From NCBI RefSeq assembly GCF_050320075.1, contig NZ_CP190018.1: DNA of 64,000 nucleotides. One strand, given 5' to 3'. The notes under the pieces are model-generated. The model saw only the letters and a program-made list of their open reading frames with translations, searched no databases and had not been told where the DNA came from. Source of the stretch: Escherichia coli. Its GTDB lineage: Bacteria; Pseudomonadota; Gammaproteobacteria; Enterobacterales; Enterobacteriaceae. Positions 59,638 through 64,000 of this stretch are shown in pieces (position 1 is the stretch's first letter; each line of letters opens with the position of its first letter). The position numbers were made by a program, and so were the translations under genes.

Positions 59638-60564
59638 ATGTCTGAGCAGTTTTTGTATTTCTTGCAGCAGATGTTTAACGGCGTCACGCTGGGCAGTACC
59701 TACGCGCTGATAGCCATCGGCTACACCATGGTTTATGGCATTATCGGCATGATCAACTTCGCCCACGGCGAGGTTTATATGATTGGCAGCTACGTCTCAT
59801 TTATGATCATCGCCGCACTGATGATGATGGGCATTGATACCGGCTGGCTGCTGGTGGCGGCGGGATTCGTCGGCGCAATCGTCATTGCCAGCGCCTACGG
59901 CTGGAGTATTGAACGGGTAGCCTATCGCCCGGTGCGTAACTCTAAGCGCCTGATTGCGCTCATCTCGGCAATCGGTATGTCCATCTTCCTGCAAAACTAC
60001 GTCAGCCTGACCGAAGGTTCGCGCGACGTGGCGCTGCCCAGCCTGTTTAACGGTCAGTGGGTGGTGGGCCATAGCGAAAACTTCTCTGCCTCTATTACCA
60101 CCATGCAGGCGGTGATCTGGATTGTTACTTTCCTCGCCATGCTGGCGCTGACGATTTTCATTCGCTATTCCCGCATGGGGCGCGCCTGTCGTGCCTGCGC
60201 GGAAGATCTGAAAATGGCGAGTCTGCTTGGCATTAACACCGACCGGGTGATTGCGCTGACCTTTGTGATTGGCGCGGCAATGGCGGCGGTGGCGGGTGTG
60301 TTGCTCGGCCAGTTCTACGGCGTCATTAACCCCTATATCGGCTTTATGGCCGGGATGAAAGCCTTTACCGCTGCGGTGCTCGGTGGGATTGGCAGCATTC
60401 CGGGAGCGATGATTGGCGGGCTGATCCTGGGGATTGCGGAGGCGCTCTCTTCTGCCTATCTGAGTACGGAATATAAAGATGTGGTCTCATTCGCCCTACT
60501 GATTCTGGTGTTGCTGGTGATGCCGACCGGTATTCTGGGTCGCCCGGAGGTAGAGAAAGTATGA
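59638..60564 (+). CDS. livH: Branched-chain amino acid ABC permease LivH
   Basis: 308-aa membrane protein in operon order. Confidence 0.93.
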   Translation: MSEQFLYFLQQMFNGVTLGSTYALIAIGYTMVYGIIGMINFAHGEVYMIGSYVSFMIIAALMMMGIDTGWLLVAAGFVGAIVIASAYGWSIERVAYRPVRNSKRLIALISAIGMSIFLQNYVSLTEGSRDVALPSLFNGQWVVGHSENFSASITTMQAVIWIVTFLAMLALTIFIRYSRMGRACRACAEDLKMASLLGINTDRVIALTFVIGAAMAAVAGVLLGQFYGVINPYIGFMAGMKAFTAAVLGGIGSIPGAMIGGLILGIAEALSSAYLSTEYKDVVSFALLILVLLVMPTGILGRPEVEKV

Positions 60565-61838
60565 AACCGATGCATATTGCAATGGCGCTGCTTTCTGCCG
60601 CGATGTTCTTTGTCCTCGCTGGCGTCTTTATGGGCGTGCAACTGGAGCTGGATGGCACCAAACTGGTGGTCGACACGGCTTCAGACATCCGTTGGCAGTG
60701 GGTGTTTATCGGCACGGCGGTGGTCTTTTTCTTCCAGCTTTTGCGACCGGCTTTCCAGAAAGGGTTGAAAAGCATTTCCGGACCGAAGTTTATTCTGCCC
60801 GCCATTGATGGCTCCACGGTGAAGCAAAAGCTGTTTCTCGTGGCGCTGCTGGTGCTTGCGGTGGCGTGGCCGTTTATGGTTTCACGTGGGACGGTGGATA
60901 TCGCCACCCTGACCATGATCTACATTATTCTCGGTCTCGGGCTGAACGTGGTGGTAGGTCTTTCTGGTCTGCTGGTGCTGGGATACGGCGGCTTTTACGC
61001 CATCGGCGCTTACACTTTTGCGCTGCTCAATCACTATTACGGTTTGGGCTTCTGGACCTGTCTGCCGATTGCCGGGTTAATGGCAGCGGCGGCGGGCTTC
61101 CTGCTCGGCTTCCCGGTGTTGCGTTTACGTGGCGACTATCTGGCGATCGTTACCCTCGGTTTCGGCGAAATTGTGCGCATATTGCTGCTCAATAACACCG
61201 AAATTACCGGCGGACCGAACGGTATCAGTCAGATCCCGAAACCGACGCTCTTCGGACTCGAGTTCAGCCGTACCGCCCGTGAAGGCGGCTGGGACACGTT
61301 CAGTAATTTCTTTGGCCTGAAATACGATCCCTCCGATCGCGTTATCTTCCTGTACCTGGTGGCGTTGCTGCTAGTGGTGTTAAGCCTGTTTGTCATTAAC
61401 CGCCTGCTGCGGATGCCGCTGGGGCGTGCGTGGGAAGCGTTGCGTGAAGATGAAATCGCTTGTCGTTCGCTGGGCTTAAGCCCGCGTCGTATCAAGCTGA
61501 CTGCCTTTACCATCAGCGCTGCGTTTGCCGGTTTTGCCGGAACGCTGTTTGCTGCGCGCCAGGGCTTTGTCAGCCCTGAATCCTTCACTTTTGCCGAATC
61601 GGCGTTTGTGCTGGCGATAGTGGTGCTCGGCGGTATGGGCTCGCAATTTGCGGTAATTCTGGCGGCAATTTTGCTGGTGGTGTCGCGCGAATTGATGCGT
61701 GATTTCAACGAATACAGCATGTTAATGCTCGGTGGTTTGATGGTGCTGATGATGATCTGGCGTCCGCAGGGCTTGCTGCCCATGACGCGCCCGCAACTCA
61801 AGCTGAAAAACGGCGCAGCAAAAGGAGAGCAGGCATGA
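60561..61838 (+). CDS. livM: Branched-chain amino acid ABC permease LivM
   Basis: 425-aa membrane protein; 4-bp overlaps on both sides. Confidence 0.93.
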   Translation: MKPMHIAMALLSAAMFFVLAGVFMGVQLELDGTKLVVDTASDIRWQWVFIGTAVVFFFQLLRPAFQKGLKSISGPKFILPAIDGSTVKQKLFLVALLVLAVAWPFMVSRGTVDIATLTMIYIILGLGLNVVVGLSGLLVLGYGGFYAIGAYTFALLNHYYGLGFWTCLPIAGLMAAAAGFLLGFPVLRLRGDYLAIVTLGFGEIVRILLLNNTEITGGPNGISQIPKPTLFGLEFSRTAREGGWDTFSNFFGLKYDPSDRVIFLYLVALLLVVLSLFVINRLLRMPLGRAWEALREDEIACRSLGLSPRRIKLTAFTISAAFAGFAGTLFAARQGFVSPESFTFAESAFVLAIVVLGGMGSQFAVILAAILLVVSRELMRDFNEYSMLMLGGLMVLMMIWRPQGLLPMTRPQLKLKNGAAKGEQA

Positions 61839-62602
61839 GTCAGCCATTATTATCTGTTAACGGCCTGATGATGCGCTTCGGCGGCCTGCTGGCGGTGAAC
61901 AACGTCAATCTTGAACTGTACCCGCAGGAGATCGTCTCGTTAATCGGCCCTAACGGTGCCGGAAAAACCACGGTCTTCAACTGCCTGACCGGATTCTACA
62001 AACCTACCGGCGGCACCATTTTACTGCGCGATCAGCATCTGGAAGGTTTACCGGGGCAGCAAATCGCCCGCATGGGCGTGGTGCGCACCTTCCAGCATGT
62101 GCGTCTGTTCCGTGAAATGACGGTGATTGAAAACCTGCTGGTGGCACAGCATCAGCAACTGAAAACCGGGCTGTTCTCCGGCCTGTTGAAAACACCCTCT
62201 TTCCGTCGCGCCCAGAGTGAAGCACTCGACCGCGCCGCCACCTGGCTTGAGCGTATTGGTTTGCTGGAACACGCCAACCGCCAGGCGAGCAACCTGGCCT
62301 ATGGCGACCAGCGTCGTCTGGAGATCGCCCGCTGCATGGTGACGCAGCCGGAGATTTTAATGCTCGACGAACCGGCAGCAGGTCTTAACCCAAAAGAGAC
62401 GAAAGAGCTGGATGAGCTGATTGCCGAACTGCGTAACCATCACAACACCACTATCTTGTTGATTGAACACGATATGAAGCTGGTGATGGGGATTTCAGAC
62501 AGAATTTACGTGGTCAACCAGGGGACGCCGCTGGCAAACGGTACGCCGGAGCAGATCCGTAATAACCCGGACGTGATCCGTGCCTATTTAGGTGAGGCAT
62601 AA
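61835..62602 (+). CDS. livG: Branched-chain amino acid ABC ATPase LivG
   Basis: 255 aa, Walker [10 protein letters not shown]. Confidence 0.93.
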   Translation: MSQPLLSVNGLMMRFGGLLAVNNVNLELYPQEIVSLIGPNGAGKTTVFNCLTGFYKPTGGTILLRDQHLEGLPGQQIARMGVVRTFQHVRLFREMTVIENLLVAQHQQLKTGLFSGLLKTPSFRRAQSEALDRAATWLERIGLLEHANRQASNLAYGDQRRLEIARCMVTQPEILMLDEPAAGLNPKETKELDELIAELRNHHNTTILLIEHDMKLVMGISDRIYVVNQGTPLANGTPEQIRNNPDVIRAYLGEA

Positions 62603-62603
62603 G

Positions 62604-63317
62604 ATGGAAAAAGTCATGTTGTCCTTTGACAAAGTCAGCGCCCACTACGGCAAAATCCAGGCGCTGCATGAGGTGAGCCTGCATATCAATCAGGGCGAGA
62701 TTGTCACCCTCATTGGCGCGAACGGCGCGGGGAAAACCACCTTGCTCGGCACGTTATGCGGCGACCCACGCGCCACCAGCGGGCGAATTGTGTTTGATGA
62801 TAAAGACATTACCGACTGGCAGACGGCGAAAATCATGCGCGAAGCGGTGGCGATTGTCCCGGAAGGGCGTCGCGTTTTCTCGCGGATGACGGTGGAAGAG
62901 AACCTGGCGATGGGCGGCTTTTTTGCCGAACGCGACCAGTTCCAGGAGCGCATAAAGTGGGTGTATGAACTGTTTCCACGTCTGCATGAGCGCCGTGTTC
63001 AGCGGGCAGGCACCATGTCCGGCGGTGAGCAGCAGATGCTGGCGATTGGTCGCGCGCTGATGAGCAACCCGCGTTTGTTGTTACTTGATGAGCCATCGCT
63101 CGGTCTTGCGCCGATTATCATCCAGCAAATTTTCGACACCATCGAACAACTGCGCGAGCAGGGGATGACTATCTTCCTCGTCGAGCAGAACGCCAACCAG
63201 GCGCTGAAGCTCGCTGATCGCGGCTACGTGCTGGAAAACGGCCATGTTGTGCTCTCCGATACTGGTAATGCGCTGCTGGCGAACGAAGCAGTGAGAAGTG
63301 CGTATTTAGGCGGGTAA
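62604..63317 (+). CDS. livF: Branched-chain amino acid ABC ATPase LivF
   Basis: 237 aa from MEKVMLSFDKVSAHYG; Walker A GANGAGKTT. Confidence 0.93.
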   Translation: MEKVMLSFDKVSAHYGKIQALHEVSLHINQGEIVTLIGANGAGKTTLLGTLCGDPRATSGRIVFDDKDITDWQTAKIMREAVAIVPEGRRVFSRMTVEENLAMGGFFAERDQFQERIKWVYELFPRLHERRVQRAGTMSGGEQQMLAIGRALMSNPRLLLLDEPSLGLAPIIIQQIFDTIEQLREQGMTIFLVEQNANQALKLADRGYVLENGHVVLSDTGNALLANEAVRSAYLGG

Positions 63318-63436
63318 ATTATCGATAACCCGGCAGCTAAGTTCTGCCGGGTTATTCGTCCGTATACAGACTTGTTTCAACTGACCAGGAGGATTAAAAC
63401 CAGACCACTTATTTGCCACGGAAAGGTTCCCTCCCA

Positions 63437-64000
63437 TGCATTATGCCGTTGTTGTCATGCTTGAACTGCTTTGCTGTATTCACGCTTACCGTACCGGACA
63501 AGAGCGGTACTGGATTTTTATCATTTTCTGTTTTCCGGTGATTGGCTGCGTGGCGTATTTCGTCATAGTGATGCTGCCTGAAACGGGCGCTGACCGTCAC
63601 GGGCATACTTTGCTGATGCGCCTGCAGGACAAACTCAACCCTGAGCGCCACCTGCGCAAATTAACCGAAGAACTGGCGATTGCCGAGACCAATCAAAACC
63701 ATTATGCGTTGGCTAATGAACTGGCGCGTCTGGGGCGTTATCACGAAGCTGTTCCCCATTATCAGCAGGCGTTAAGCGGGATATTCGCCCATGAAGCGGC
63801 AATGATGCTAAGCCTGGCGCAGGCACAGTTTGCTATTCAGGAGTTCGCCGCCTGTCAGCAGACGCTGGAAGATGTGATGCGTTATAACCCTGATTTTCAG
63901 TCGGCAGACGGGCATTTGTTATTTGCCAGAACGTTAGCCGCACAAGAAAAATACGCTGATGCGGAAAGCGAGTTTGAAGTATTGATTTCTTATTACCCCG
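63437..64000 (+). CDS. Partial ORF running off the window: membrane-anchored protein with TPR-like helical repeats, function unknown
   Basis: Own translation from the ATG at 63437 (MHYAVVVMLELLCC...) is open to the window end; hydrophobic N-terminus; not in the ORF track. Start codon uncertain. Confidence 0.45.

Overview
Enterobacterial (E. coli-like) chromosomal window with three distinct parts. (1) 1-15.5 kb: the right-hand part of a silver/copper resistance island (silB 3' end, silA, silG/ORF96-like, silP, pcoG-like M23 peptidase, a PcoE/SilE-family gene, pcoABCDRS, pcoE) with CusR/PcoR-type copper-box palindromes. (2) 15.6-21 kb: a mobile-element junction, with an intact IS66-family element flanked by a 7/8-matching 8-bp direct repeat, and a complete IS1 without a target duplication that abuts two truncated genes. 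(3) 21.4-64 kb: core backbone in K-12-like order (yhiI, rbbA, yhhJ, truncated H-rpt, an Rhs element, nikREDCBA, acpT, yhhT, yhhS, dcrB, yhhQ, tusA, zntA, yhhN, yhhM, yhhL, rsmD, ftsYEX, rpoH, livJ, panM, livKHMGF). The most interesting region is the Rhs locus (27.2-36.8 kb): a full-length PAAR-motif Rhs protein with an unrecognised C-terminal toxin tip and a signal-peptide immunity candidate, followed by an AT-rich array of immunity-like genes, degenerate rhs core fragments, and an orphan rhs tip interrupted by a single in-frame TGA. No CRISPR array, rRNA or tRNA was recognised. All calls rest on reading the sequence and the supplied ORF translations against remembered protein families; no database search was run.
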